Notes: generated by a model from the sequence alone, not told the origin. Positions 47,576-59,021 are shown, numbered from the stretch's first letter. The stretch: DNA of 64,000 nucleotides from an uncultured bacterium (GCA_964344565.1 CAYFNT010000010.1:22641-86640), one strand, 5' to 3'. A program made the numbers and translations.

Positions 47576-48958
47576 TCAGGACGTCGCCGCCGCCAGCATG
47601 GGCAGGGCTTGGAAGAGGAATCGCTCGAAGAACAGTGTAAGCAAGACACCGACGAGAGTCACCAGCACTCCGACCTTGGCCATGTCCTTCACGCGGAGCA
47701 TCTCCGAGCTGTAGGCGATGGCGTTGGGCGGCGTGCTGATGGGAAGCGCCATGCCCAGGCTGGCGCAGAGCGTCACCGTGACGATGATCGGCACCGACTC
47801 CCCCGCCGCCGCCACGGTCATGGCGATGGGCAGTATGGTATTGGCCGCCGCGGAATTGCTCATGAAGGTGGCCACCAAGGCGATGAGCAGGCTCATGCCG
47901 AGGGTGAGAATCAGCGGAGAGACGCCCCCCAGGTCCAGGGCGGCGACCAGGCTGTCGCCCAGGCCCGTCTCCTTGATGCCTGTTCCCAGCGCCAAACCAC
48001 CGCCGACCAGAAGGAGGATGTCCCAGTTGAGGTCGCGCAGCTCCCGCTTGTCGAGCAATCCCCCCGCCGAAAAGGCGATGACGGGGAGCAGGGCCACCAG
48101 CGCGGGAGGAATGTGGTGGAAGGCGTCGGTCACCCAGAGGAGCACGGTCAGGCCGAAGGTGGCGTAGACCTTCTTCCGGTGCATGGTCCGGGGGGCTTTG
48201 GGTATCTCCAGGTGAATCGATCCGCCCTTCACGGGAAAGAAGTAGCGCAGCAAGACGAAGACCAGGGCCAGGAGAAGGGTGGCCACGGGCAGGGCGGCCA
48301 CCATCCAGGTGAAGAAACTGAGACCCTGCCCGCTTTCGGCGAGGAGGCCAAGGGCGATGGCGTTGGGCGGCGTACCCACGGGGGTGGCGATGCCCCCCAC
48401 GTTGGCGGAAAAGGCGATGCCGATGAGGAAGGCCTTCGACAGGTTCGACCCCTCCGGCAGGCTGCGCACGAGAGGAAGGACCGCCGCCACCATGATGGCC
48501 GTGGTGGCGGTGTTGCTCATCCACATGCTCATGAAGGCCGTCAGCAGCATGAGCCCTCCGAGCAGTCGGCTCGGACTGCCGCCCAGGCGCGAGAGCACGG
48601 TCTGGGCGAATTCCAGATCGAGGTTGAGCTTGCTGACGATCTTGGCCATGACGAAGCCGCCGAAGAGCAGCACCACCACCGGACTCGCGAAGGGATGCAG
48701 GAACTGCCGGTAGTTCATGACCTCGCCGCCGAAGTGGGGCGCCAGGGGGCCGAGGAAAAGGGCGGACAGGAAGGCGGCCAGAATGCCGGTGACGTAGAGT
48801 GGGATGGGCTCGGCGATCCAGTAGAAGACCGTCAGCGTGAAGAGGCCGCCCATGATGCGCTGTTCGGGCGGAAGTCCGCCCAGCAGAGCGGCCGTGCCGA
48901 GCCCCAGCAGTGGTCCTGCCAAGAGGAAGAAGACGCGGCGGAAGCGACCGAAGGCCAT
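47576..48958 (-). CDS. DASS/SLC13-family anion:Na+ symporter
   Basis: Start ATG 48958 (MAFGRFRRVFFLLAG). Two SNT/SNS hairpin motifs (WMSNTATTAIM and FMSNSAAANTILPI). About 12-14 TM segments. Confidence 0.88.
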   Translation of the reverse strand: MAFGRFRRVFFLLAGPLLGLGTAALLGGLPPEQRIMGGLFTLTVFYWIAEPIPLYVTGILAAFLSALFLGPLAPHFGGEVMNYRQFLHPFASPVVVLLFGGFVMAKIVSKLNLDLEFAQTVLSRLGGSPSRLLGGLMLLTAFMSMWMSNTATTAIMVAAVLPLVRSLPEGSNLSKAFLIGIAFSANVGGIATPVGTPPNAIALGLLAESGQGLSFFTWMVAALPVATLLLALVFVLLRYFFPVKGGSIHLEIPKAPRTMHRKKVYATFGLTVLLWVTDAFHHIPPALVALLPVIAFSAGGLLDKRELRDLNWDILLLVGGGLALGTGIKETGLGDSLVAALDLGGVSPLILTLGMSLLIALVATFMSNSAAANTILPIAMTVAAAGESVPIIVTVTLCASLGMALPISTPPNAIAYSSEMLRVKDMAKVGVLVTLVGVLLTLFFERFLFQALPMLAAATS

Positions 48959-49003
48959 GGATTCCCTTTCGACGCGAGCATTATAGCCTGCACTCCCGGC
49001 CCC

Positions 49004-49012
49004 TGCTATACT
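49004..49012 (+). promoter_or_regulatory. extended -10 element TGCTATACT for the LVIVD gene
   Basis: 37 nt upstream of ATG 49049. On the opposite strand a perfect TATAAT (complement of 48980-48985) faces the DASS gene. Confidence 0.4.
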
Positions 49013-49048
49013 AGTTCCGTCCGTGGATCGTACCGGGAGGAGGGCGTG

Positions 49049-51220
49049 ATGCATCGATGCGAATTGACGCTTGGCCGTTCCAGTTTTCGGGGAGGAGTCT
49101 TAGGATTCCTCGGACTCTTGATAGTCGGGCTCTCGATCCTGCCCTACCCAATGCAGGCGGAATGCATCGACTATATGGACTTCATACACCGGGCGAGCAG
49201 CACCGCCATGCCGGGAGAGGTCTACGACGTCGCCGTGAACGGCATCCACGCTTTCGTCGCCGATGAGATCGGCCTGCACATCCTCAACATCTCCGATCCG
49301 GACCTTCCCGTCTTCGTGGCGGACCTGCCCCTGTCGGGGGCGCGAAGCGTCGCGGTGCAGGCGGGACACGCCTACCTCGCCAACGACGAGTTCGGCTTCT
49401 TCGCGGTGAACCTGTCGGAGATATCGGCGCCATGGATCGAGGGAGACCGCTTTCTCGCCGGCAGCCCCTGTCACGTGGAGCTCGATGGCGACCGGGCCTT
49501 CGTGACGGCGGAGCTGGAAGGCCTCTACGTGCTGGACATCTCAGATCCCGCCGATCCCGTCCTGCTCGACCATCACGACACGCCCCATCGGGCCATGGAC
49601 GTGGAGGTCCAGGGCCACTACGCCTTCATCGCGGACTTCCAGAATCTTGTGGTCGTGGATCTGAACTCCGGGGCCATCGTCAAGGTACCCGGCGACCGGC
49701 CCGGTCCCAGCCTGGTATCCATCGCCCTGAGAGGCGACCGCGCCTATCTGCTCGACACGACCTTCGGCGTCTTCGTCTACGACATCAGCGATCCCCTCGC
49801 CCCGGAGTACATCACCTACCTCCATTCCGGGGGATCCGGCGGCCTCGAGGTCGCGGGCGACCGCCTCTACGCGGGATCGGGATACGGCCTGGAGATCTTC
49901 GACCTCGCCGACCCTGACGAGCCCGCGCTCATCGGCACCCTCAACACGAGTTGGGCGCCGAGGGGGCTGGACGTGCAGGGCGACTTCGTCTATCTGGCCA
50001 TCGCCGAGCGCAATCTCCTGGACATCGCGGACATCTCCAATCCCGCGCATCCGGAGCCCCTCGCGTCAATCTGGCTGACCGGATCGGTGGAGAACCTCGC
50101 GGTGAAGGAGCCCTTCGCCTTCGTGGCCGCGCGGTGGGCCGGCCTCTACACCCTCGACATCAGCGACCCGACTTCCCCCGCCATCATCGGGGATCACGAC
50201 ATTCTGGACTACGCCTACCACATCACCCTCGCGGACGATCTCGCCTACGTGGCCGCCGCGGACGACGGACTGCTCGTGCTCGATGTGGCCAAGCCGCCGA
50301 TCCTCCAGGTGATCGGAGGAGTCGACACGCCGGGCGACGCCCGATGCGTGGATGTCCATGGCGATTTCGCCTACGTGGTCGACAGCCAGGGCTTTCGCGT
50401 CATCGACGTCAGCAAGCCCGACGCGCCCATGATCGTGGGCAACATGGAAACGCCCGGTTACCCCATCCACGTGGCGGCCTGCGAGGACTACGCCCTCATC
50501 GCCGATATGCAGCAGATGCTGGTCGTGGACATCTCCGATCCCGCCGATCCCTGGATCGCCGACAGCGCGGAAGTTCGCGCCGAGATGCTGGCCATCGAGG
50601 ACGGATTCGCCTATGTGCTGGGGCTGCCCGGGCTTTCGGTCTTCTCCATCAGCGAACTCCTCGAGGCCGAACCGGTCGAGAGCATCCTCCTGCCCGGCTA
50701 CCCGCTGGGGATCGCCTTCGGCGAGAACTACGCCTACGTCTCGACGGGCGGCGGCGGTCTGCAGATCCTGGACTATACGGATCCCGCAAACCTGGTCGGA
50801 GCGGGCAGCGCGGCGAGCTACATCTTCGGCGCCGAGGTCGGCGAGGACTATCTCTTCGCCGTCGAGTCCTCCCGGTTCAGCGTCTTCCCCTTGCAATGCG
50901 AACCCACCGGACTCCCCGACACGCCGGACGAGTCGCTGCCGCGGCGGGCGGTCCTCCATCCGAACCTGCCCAACCCCTTCAATCCGTCCACCGAGATCCG
51001 CTTCACGCTGCCGGAGTCCGGTCGCGTGCAGCTGGCGATCTTCGACGTCTCGGGGCGCAAGGTTCGCGACCTATTCGACGCCCGCCTGGACGCGGGGGAA
51101 CATCGCCTGAACTGGGACGGTCACGACGCGCAGGGGCGGAATCCTGGCTCGGGATGCTATCTGGCGAGGCTTCGTTTCGAGGATCGGGTGACGGCCCGCA
51201 AATTGGTTCTGCTCAAGTAG
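49049..51220 (+). CDS. secreted LVIVD-repeat beta-propeller protein with FlgD-Ig/T9SS-type C-terminal domain
   Basis: GGGAGGAGGG SD then ATG 49049. Hydrophobic leader GVLGFLGLLIVGLSILPY. About 14 repeats of the A-[FY]-[VL]-A-x4-G-L-x-[VI]-[LVI]-D-[IV]-S-D-P type. Ends NLPNPFNPSTEIRF...RKLVLLK. The first 510 codons of the track ORF 47519..51220 are an antisense shadow of the DASS gene. Confidence 0.85.
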   Translation: MHRCELTLGRSSFRGGVLGFLGLLIVGLSILPYPMQAECIDYMDFIHRASSTAMPGEVYDVAVNGIHAFVADEIGLHILNISDPDLPVFVADLPLSGARSVAVQAGHAYLANDEFGFFAVNLSEISAPWIEGDRFLAGSPCHVELDGDRAFVTAELEGLYVLDISDPADPVLLDHHDTPHRAMDVEVQGHYAFIADFQNLVVVDLNSGAIVKVPGDRPGPSLVSIALRGDRAYLLDTTFGVFVYDISDPLAPEYITYLHSGGSGGLEVAGDRLYAGSGYGLEIFDLADPDEPALIGTLNTSWAPRGLDVQGDFVYLAIAERNLLDIADISNPAHPEPLASIWLTGSVENLAVKEPFAFVAARWAGLYTLDISDPTSPAIIGDHDILDYAYHITLADDLAYVAAADDGLLVLDVAKPPILQVIGGVDTPGDARCVDVHGDFAYVVDSQGFRVIDVSKPDAPMIVGNMETPGYPIHVAACEDYALIADMQQMLVVDISDPADPWIADSAEVRAEMLAIEDGFAYVLGLPGLSVFSISELLEAEPVESILLPGYPLGIAFGENYAYVSTGGGGLQILDYTDPANLVGAGSAASYIFGAEVGEDYLFAVESSRFSVFPLQCEPTGLPDTPDESLPRRAVLHPNLPNPFNPSTEIRFTLPESGRVQLAIFDVSGRKVRDLFDARLDAGEHRLNWDGHDAQGRNPGSGCYLARLRFEDRVTARKLVLLK

Positions 51221-51352
51221 TTCGGGAGATCATCCCCCCATTTGTCGACGGTGCCGGTTAACGTTCGCATCCCGCTTGCGAAATCCCTACGATTGCACCT
51301 TCTTCGAGGGCACAAATCCCCCTTTCACATGGACTTGCCACGAGGAGACGAG

Positions 51353-53578
<2,226 letters not shown>

Positions 53579-53603
53579 AATCGCTGTTAATGGGGAATCG
53601 AAG

Positions 53604-53636
53604 CCGGCCGCGCGGAAGCGTGGCCGGTTTTGTTTT
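53604..53636. terminator. bidirectional terminator between icd and the small minus-strand ORF
   Basis: CCGGCCGCGC-GGAA-GCGTGGCCGG (one G-U pair) followed by TTTTGTTTT. Confidence 0.7.
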
Positions 53637-53651
53637 GGAGGAGCGGGGAAC

Positions 53652-53822
53652 TCAGCGGGAGGAATCCTTCTTCACGATCTTCACCGGCTTGCAGACCAGA
53701 TCCTTCTCGTTGGCCGCCCGGGCGCAGGCCCGGCAGAGGTAACGCGGATCATCCACCAGGCGCATGACCTTTTCGAGCTTCCCTTCGATGTACTTCTTGT
53801 CCAGGTCGCAGAGGCAATCCAT
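53652..53822 (-). CDS. 56-aa Cys-containing small protein (not in ORF track)
   Basis: GGGAGG SD then ATG (complement of 53820-53822). Own translation: MDCLCDLDKKYIEGKLEKVMRLVDDPRYLCRACARAANEKDLVCKPVKIVKKDSSR. Codon third positions are GC-rich. The track ORF 53681..53884 is in another frame and looks non-coding. Confidence 0.5.
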   Translation of the reverse strand: MDCLCDLDKKYIEGKLEKVMRLVDDPRYLCRACARAANEKDLVCKPVKIVKKDSSR

Positions 53823-53944
53823 GATTCCTCCCGGATTCCTTCGGGAACGAGCGAGTCCGGTGTCAGGGCGGCTCTATGAACCATCGTGGCCCCAGGACCG
53901 GAAGCCCATTTCAGTCAATTTCTGTCGTTATATCGCTGTTAGTA

Positions 53945-53953
53945 TGGTATAAT
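53945..53953 (+). promoter_or_regulatory. extended -10 element TGGTATAAT for the S1 protease gene
   Basis: Consensus TGnTATAAT read directly, 62 nt upstream of ATG 54015. Confidence 0.55.
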
Positions 53954-54014
53954 CAAGTCCCAGTATCGACCCCATAGTCTCAGTTTCTTGCAATCCAATA
54001 ACATGGAGAGTCCC

Positions 54015-56474
54015 ATGCGTCTGATCAGACCCCTACTCGGGCTTGCCCTGCTGATGTTCGCCCTTTCGGCGAGCGCGGCCGGAGTGGCCACCCCCACCGC
54101 CAACCAGTACGTCGTCCTCGATGTGGATGCCATCGATCACATGGCCATCCCCAGCGTGGATCGGGAAGCGAGGATCCTGGAGGACGAGATCCGCGAGCTG
54201 GACGGTCTGCCGCCCCGCTTCGCCATTCCCTTCGAGACGGCCACTGCACCCGATGCCCGCGGCAGCTGGGAAGACCTCGGCGACGGCAATCATCTCTGGC
54301 GCCTGCGCATCGCTTCCCCCGGTGCCCTCTCCATGAACTTCGGATTCACCCGGTACAATCTGCCCGAGACCGCGAGCCTGCTCATCTACTCGGCCGACCA
54401 GAGCAGCGCCACCCGCGCCTTCACCGAGCGCGACAATGCTGACCACGGAGAGCTCTGGACTCCGGTCCTGCTCAGCGACGACGTCATCCTGGAACTGACG
54501 GTTTCCGAGAAGGCCGCCGGTCGCGTGGAACTGGAAATCGGTTCCGTGAACGTGGGCTACCGGGGCTTCGGCGAGGACCATGATCGCAGCGGCTCCTGCA
54601 ACAACGACGTGGTCTGCCCCGAGGGCGACCCCTGGCGGGCCGAGATCCCCTCCTCGGGCGTCTACACCATCAACGGCACCTGGTACTGCAGCGGCGCCAT
54701 GATCAACAACACGTCCCAGGACGGAACGCCTTACTTCCTCACGGCCAACCACTGCGGCATCAGCACCGGCAACGATCAGGCCGTGGTCATCTACTGGAAC
54801 TTCGAGAGCCCCAATTGCGGCGATCAGTGCTGCGGCGACCTGAGCCAGTTCAACTCCGGCGTGATCCATCGCGTGTCCTACTCCGGTTCGGACGTGACCC
54901 TGGTGGAGCTGGAAGAGCCGCTCAATCCGGCCCACGAGGTAACCTACTCCGGCTGGGACCGCGGCAGCGGCGACTTCCCCTGGGTGGTGGCCATCCACCA
55001 TCCGAGCACCGACGAGAAAGCCATCAGCTTCGAGGACGACGCCACCACCACCACCAGCTACCTGAGCAACAGCGTGCCCGGCGACGGCACCCACATCCGC
55101 GTGATCGACTGGGACGACGGCACCACGGAGCCCGGCTCCTCGGGTTCGCCCCTCTACAGCCCCGATCACAAGATCGTCGGACAGCTCCATGGCGGCTATG
55201 CCTCCTGCAGCAGCCAGACCAGCGACTGGTACGGTCGCTTCTCGGTGTCCTGGAGCCATCTCAGCAGCTACCTGGATCCCACGGGCACAGGCGCCATGAC
55301 CGTGGACACCTGGGATCCCTACGCCACGGGCATGCAGGTGACCCCGGCCAGCGGACTGGAGTCCGAAGGCGATACGGGCGGACCCTTCACGCCGAGCAGC
55401 ATCGTCTACACCATCGAGAACGCCAGCGACTCCGGCTTCAACTACAGCGTGAGCGACGACGCCGGCTGGGTGGACATCTCCAACACCGGCGGATACCTGG
55501 TGCCCGGCGCTTCGACGAACGTGACCGTGAGCATCAACGCCAGCGCGAACAGCCTGCCCCAGGGCACCTACGAGGCTACGGTGACCATCCTCAACACCAC
55601 CGACGGCGACGGCGACACCACCCGCCCGGTGAGTCTCACCGTTGGCGTGCCCGCTCTCCAGATCGCGGAGAACTTCGACAGCGATCCGGGCTGGACCACA
55701 CAGGGTCAGTGGGACTTCGGCGATCCCACCGGACAGGGTGGCGATGCTCACGGCAACGCCGATCCCAACTCCGGCTTCGACGGCCCCAATGTCTACGGTT
55801 ACAACCTGAACGGCGACTACACCAACAACATGCCCGAGTATCACCTGACCAGCACCGCCTTCGACTGCTCGAACCTCTCGGCCACGAGCCTGAAGTTCCG
55901 TCGCTGGCTCAACGTGGAGCAGCCGGCCTACGACCACGCCTACCTGCGCGTGTCCAATGACAACAGCAACTGGACCACGGTCTGGCAGAACGGCGGGGAG
56001 ATCACCGACAACGGCTGGCAGTACGTGGAGTACGACATCTCCGGCGTGGCCGACGGCGAGAGCACGGTCTACCTGCGCTGGACCATGGGCACCACCGACG
56101 GCAGCTGGCTCTACAGCGGCTGGAACATCGACAACGTCGAGATCTGGGGCCTCGGCGGCGACGCCACCTCCGCCGAGGGCGGACAGGTTCCCCTGCGGAG
56201 CGCACTGCTCGGCAACCTGCCCAATCCCTTCAACCCGAAGACCGAGATCCGCTACGCCCTCGCCGAATCGGGCGCGGTGGAGCTGGCCGTCTACGATCTG
56301 AGCGGACGCAGGATCAACACCCTGCTTTCCGGTCAGCAGAGCGCGGGCACTCACAGCGTCGTCTGGAACGGCGACGACGCCAGCGGTCGCGCCGTGGCTT
56401 CGGGCATCTACTTCGCGCGCCTGATCACCGATCAGGGTGTGAGCGACACGCAGAAGCTGACGCTGCTGAAGTAG
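54015..56474 (+). CDS. secreted S1-family (lysyl-endopeptidase-like) serine protease with MAM-like domain and FlgD-Ig/T9SS-type C-terminal domain
   Basis: GGAGAG SD then ATG 54015 (MRLIRPLLGLALLMFALSASAAG). Catalytic blocks LTANHCG (His) and EPGSSGSPLY (Ser). Ends NLPNPFNPKTEIRY...QKLTLLK. ATG 54003 and TTG 53988 are less likely starts. Confidence 0.88.
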   Translation: MRLIRPLLGLALLMFALSASAAGVATPTANQYVVLDVDAIDHMAIPSVDREARILEDEIRELDGLPPRFAIPFETATAPDARGSWEDLGDGNHLWRLRIASPGALSMNFGFTRYNLPETASLLIYSADQSSATRAFTERDNADHGELWTPVLLSDDVILELTVSEKAAGRVELEIGSVNVGYRGFGEDHDRSGSCNNDVVCPEGDPWRAEIPSSGVYTINGTWYCSGAMINNTSQDGTPYFLTANHCGISTGNDQAVVIYWNFESPNCGDQCCGDLSQFNSGVIHRVSYSGSDVTLVELEEPLNPAHEVTYSGWDRGSGDFPWVVAIHHPSTDEKAISFEDDATTTTSYLSNSVPGDGTHIRVIDWDDGTTEPGSSGSPLYSPDHKIVGQLHGGYASCSSQTSDWYGRFSVSWSHLSSYLDPTGTGAMTVDTWDPYATGMQVTPASGLESEGDTGGPFTPSSIVYTIENASDSGFNYSVSDDAGWVDISNTGGYLVPGASTNVTVSINASANSLPQGTYEATVTILNTTDGDGDTTRPVSLTVGVPALQIAENFDSDPGWTTQGQWDFGDPTGQGGDAHGNADPNSGFDGPNVYGYNLNGDYTNNMPEYHLTSTAFDCSNLSATSLKFRRWLNVEQPAYDHAYLRVSNDNSNWTTVWQNGGEITDNGWQYVEYDISGVADGESTVYLRWTMGTTDGSWLYSGWNIDNVEIWGLGGDATSAEGGQVPLRSALLGNLPNPFNPKTEIRYALAESGAVELAVYDLSGRRINTLLSGQQSAGTHSVVWNGDDASGRAVASGIYFARLITDQGVSDTQKLTLLK

Positions 56475-56501
56475 TTCCGATCGATTCTGTTTATGGGAAA
56501 A

Positions 56502-56530
56502 CCCGGCACGGATTCGTGCCGGGTTTTTTT
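56502..56530 (+). terminator. rho-independent terminator after the S1 protease gene
   Basis: CCCGGCACG-GATT-CGTGCCGGG followed by TTTTTTT. Confidence 0.85.
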
Positions 56531-56562
56531 GTCACGCGGCGCTCGGCTGAGAGTCATTCCGC

Positions 56563-56787
56563 CTAGCTCAACACTCCCCTGCCGGCCATGGCCCGGGAGT
56601 ACAGGACCATGAAGAGCGCCCAGACGAAGATGATGGCGCTGAAAACGACTCCCACCGTGCCGGACACTTCGACCCCATTGCTGAATCCGTAATTGTGGAT
56701 GCTGGTCACGACCATGCAGAGGAAGGAAATCAGCAGCACCGTATAGGCGAGTTTGCGCCTGAGCAGAAGCAGCAGCGCGCCGATCAC
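56563..56787 (-). CDS. small two-TM membrane protein (start uncertain)
   Basis: Only the last ~74 codons of the 258-codon track ORF have strongly GC-rich third positions and a hydrophobic sequence (IGALLLLL...VVFSAIIFVWALFMVLY). GTG 56787 is the first plausible start, and its SD is poor. Confidence 0.4.
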   Translation of the reverse strand: MIGALLLLLRRKLAYTVLLISFLCMVVTSIHNYGFSNGVEVSGTVGVVFSAIIFVWALFMVLYSRAMAGRGVLS

Positions 56788-56805
56788 GCCGCCCCCAATT
56801 CCTAT

Positions 56806-57258
56806 GTGCTGAACCAGGCCGGCAACAACGGCCCGAGCATGCCGGGTGACCACAATGCCTTCATGTACAACACGGCCCATGCTATCGGCCTGACGCTCAA
56901 GCAGTCCACCGCGGTGGGCAGCGCCGTCCCCGGCGACGTCTTCTACTCCTTCGACCTGAAGCTGGACCAGGCCGACGTGGGCGGCGTGCTCTTCGCCGAG
57001 ATCTTCGCCGAGCAATCCGGCGTCGGCATCATCGGCGGCTCGGGCCTGATGGGTCCCTTCTGGGCCTGGGAGTGGACCAACTACGAAGGTTCCTTCGTGG
57101 CTCCCGCGGGAACGGATTTCCTGACCATCCAGTTCGTCGCGGTGACCGGAGCGGCCGACGGAACCAGCTGCATCGCCCACGTGGACAATGTGGACGTCAA
57201 TCAGGGAGCGGTGCCCGCCGAGACCACGAGCTTCGGTGCGATCAAGTCCCTCTACTAG
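56806..57258 (+). CDS. jelly-roll/CBM-like protein of the tail family (ends ...ETTSFGAIKSLY), apparently lacking a signal peptide
   Basis: GC-rich third positions from about 56806 (GTG) or 56839 (ATG). Sequence FYSFDLKL...WEWTNYEGSFVAPAGTDFLTIQFVAV...IAHVDNVDV resembles carbohydrate-binding-type beta sandwiches. The upstream part of the track ORF is an antisense shadow of the 56563 gene. Confidence 0.55.
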   Translation: MLNQAGNNGPSMPGDHNAFMYNTAHAIGLTLKQSTAVGSAVPGDVFYSFDLKLDQADVGGVLFAEIFAEQSGVGIIGGSGLMGPFWAWEWTNYEGSFVAPAGTDFLTIQFVAVTGAADGTSCIAHVDNVDVNQGAVPAETTSFGAIKSLY

Positions 57259-57303
57259 ATTCAGGCAAGGTTCAGCGAGACGACTACTTCGTATGATGTG
57301 CAA

Positions 57304-57332
57304 AAGCCCTTCCACCATTCGTGGAAGGGCTT
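57304..57332. terminator. hairpin between convergent genes (AAGCCCTTCCAC-N5-GTGGAAGGGCTT)
   Basis: Perfect 12-bp stem read directly. Modest T-runs on both sides. Confidence 0.6.
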
Positions 57333-57362
57333 CTCTCATCCGAGGCTAGCGGATCCTCCCGC

Positions 57363-58010
57363 CTAATTCGATTCCCTGCCCAGGGCCTTGGCCGCTTCGC
57401 CCATGCGCGATTCGAGTTCCAGAACGCGACGCTCCAGGTCCGATCCGATCCCAGGGGAAGATGATCCTTCGACTCCCGCGGCGGCCATCCGTTCCTTCCT
57501 CACGAAGCGCAAGTAACCGAGACCGATGGTGATCGCGAGTGCGGCCGATATCACCAGGAATCTCGAGATCGACGTGTCCGTTGCGATGATCCAGCCGATT
57601 CCGTAGAGCATGGAGAAGACGCCGCCCAGGAGCAGCCCGTTGCTGATCACGGGAATCTGTTCGGCGCGCACCAGCGACAACACCATGTAGATCGTCGCGA
57701 AAACGATCAGGATGATGCTCGTACTCCGCCCCCAGGGTCGTTGGGCTTCCATCCCCGCGTCCTGAAGCTCGTTTCGCTGCTGGTTGATCTCCTCGATCTG
57801 CTTGAGGTCATCGGCCGTCAGTCTCTCGGGCGCTCTCGTATCTCGAATCGACTGCTCCCGTTGGTTGAGCTCCCGGATCTCCTCGTTGAGTCCTTCGGGC
57901 GGTGGATAGAAGGTATAGACCCCGACGCCCACGAAGGCCGTCAGCACCAGACCCAGAAAGAACGAGAAGATGATCTTGAGTCCGCCTCCTGTTCGTGCCG
58001 AATTCGTCAT
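57363..58010 (-). CDS. hypothetical membrane protein with central coiled-coil
   Basis: 215 aa: N-terminal TM, charged helical segment (EEIRELNQREQSIRD...IEEINQQRNELQD), three further TM segments and a C-terminal helix. Last gene of a three-gene minus-strand cluster. Confidence 0.65.
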   Translation of the reverse strand: MTNSARTGGGLKIIFSFFLGLVLTAFVGVGVYTFYPPPEGLNEEIRELNQREQSIRDTRAPERLTADDLKQIEEINQQRNELQDAGMEAQRPWGRSTSIILIVFATIYMVLSLVRAEQIPVISNGLLLGGVFSMLYGIGWIIATDTSISRFLVISAALAITIGLGYLRFVRKERMAAAGVEGSSSPGIGSDLERRVLELESRMGEAAKALGRESN

Positions 58011-58025
58011 CCCGATCCCTCCTTT

Positions 58026-59018
58026 CTAGAGGTTCACATTCACCAGCGGAAGCAGGCGCAGCCATCGGGGATTGTTGCCCGCGTAGTTGATCAGGCCGAT
58101 CTGCACTCCATTGAGATTGGCCGAATAGTTCACGAGCCCGATGGAGAGCCCGGTGAATTTTTCATTGGCGAGCTTGAAGTGGAGGAAATCCTCCAGGTCG
58201 ATCCGGTCGACGTAGAGGCCGTTCATCCCGCCCACCATCACGCCGGTCACTTCGGGAGCGAAGGCGAGCAGGCTGCCGATGGCGATTCCGCGGATACGTT
58301 CGCTGGCCCCCAGGCCCAGGCCGGCCACGAAGATGCCGTCCATGCGCGCGCCGCCCATGCCGATGCCGGTGAGCATGATGCCCTTCACGTCCTCGCCGCC
58401 GGCACCGAATCCGCTTATTCCGATGCCGCGGAACTTGGTGGCGAACACTCCGCCTCCGGCGAGGGCCAAACCGCTGAGGCTCTTCTCGCCACCCGCGAAG
58501 AAGCCTGCGATGGCGGCGCCCCTGACCTTCTTCGCCATGGTGGAGCCCAGGCTCAGGGCTAGGCCGTCCATCTGCTGCGAGTTCAGCGACCATCCGCCGC
58601 TGATGTTGATCCCCGTGAAGCGCTCCCGAACGTCGACCAGGATCAGGCCGACGGCAAGGCCGGTGAAGTTCTTGGTGCCCACACCCAGTGTGCCGGCCGC
58701 GATGCCGCGCACCCGCTCGCTGGCGTTGACCCCGATGCCGCTGAGCGCGATGCCGTTGATCTCGCGGCCCTTGGTTCCGATGAGCCCCAGGGCGAGGCCG
58801 TTGTATTGGCCCACGGGGTTTTTCTTGGGATTCCAGAGGGTCAGGTTGAGACCGTTGATTCTCTCCACCTGGCTGTCCACGGCGTTGAGTCGAATGCCGG
58901 TGAAGCGTTTCGAGTTGCCTAGGCTCAGTCCGTATCCCCGTGGGCCGATGTCCACTGACTGAGCCGTGGCACTGCCGATTCCGATGAACAGGAGAATGGC
59001 GATGAATGCGTTCCTCAT
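58026..59018 (-). CDS. secreted Gly-rich repeat protein (possibly LA_2272-like surface repeat family; name unverified)
   Basis: Signal peptide MRNAFIAILLFIGIGSATAQS. About 17 degenerate 15-17-aa units with a G-[IL]-x-[ILV]-x-[GS] core. C-terminus LNGVQIGLINYAGNNPRWLRLLPLVNVNL. Confidence 0.75.
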   Translation of the reverse strand: MRNAFIAILLFIGIGSATAQSVDIGPRGYGLSLGNSKRFTGIRLNAVDSQVERINGLNLTLWNPKKNPVGQYNGLALGLIGTKGREINGIALSGIGVNASERVRGIAAGTLGVGTKNFTGLAVGLILVDVRERFTGINISGGWSLNSQQMDGLALSLGSTMAKKVRGAAIAGFFAGGEKSLSGLALAGGGVFATKFRGIGISGFGAGGEDVKGIMLTGIGMGGARMDGIFVAGLGLGASERIRGIAIGSLLAFAPEVTGVMVGGMNGLYVDRIDLEDFLHFKLANEKFTGLSIGLVNYSANLNGVQIGLINYAGNNPRWLRLLPLVNVNL

Positions 59019-59021
59019 GTC

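Noticed and set aside
47519-49048. N-terminal 510 codons of the 1233-aa track ORF 47519..51220.
   Set aside because: This part is antisense to the DASS transporter and is low-complexity (G/R/E/H-rich). The real gene starts at ATG 49049, with a strong SD and a hydrophobic leader.
53681-53884. 67-aa minus-strand track ORF.
   Set aside because: Wrong frame. The SD-preceded 56-codon ORF at 53652..53822 in another frame explains the coding signal better.
56788-57339. Upstream 184 codons of the 258-aa minus-strand track ORF 56563..57339.
   Set aside because: This part is antisense to the CBM-like plus-strand gene and is low-complexity. Only the last ~74 codons show coding-type third-position GC and TM character.
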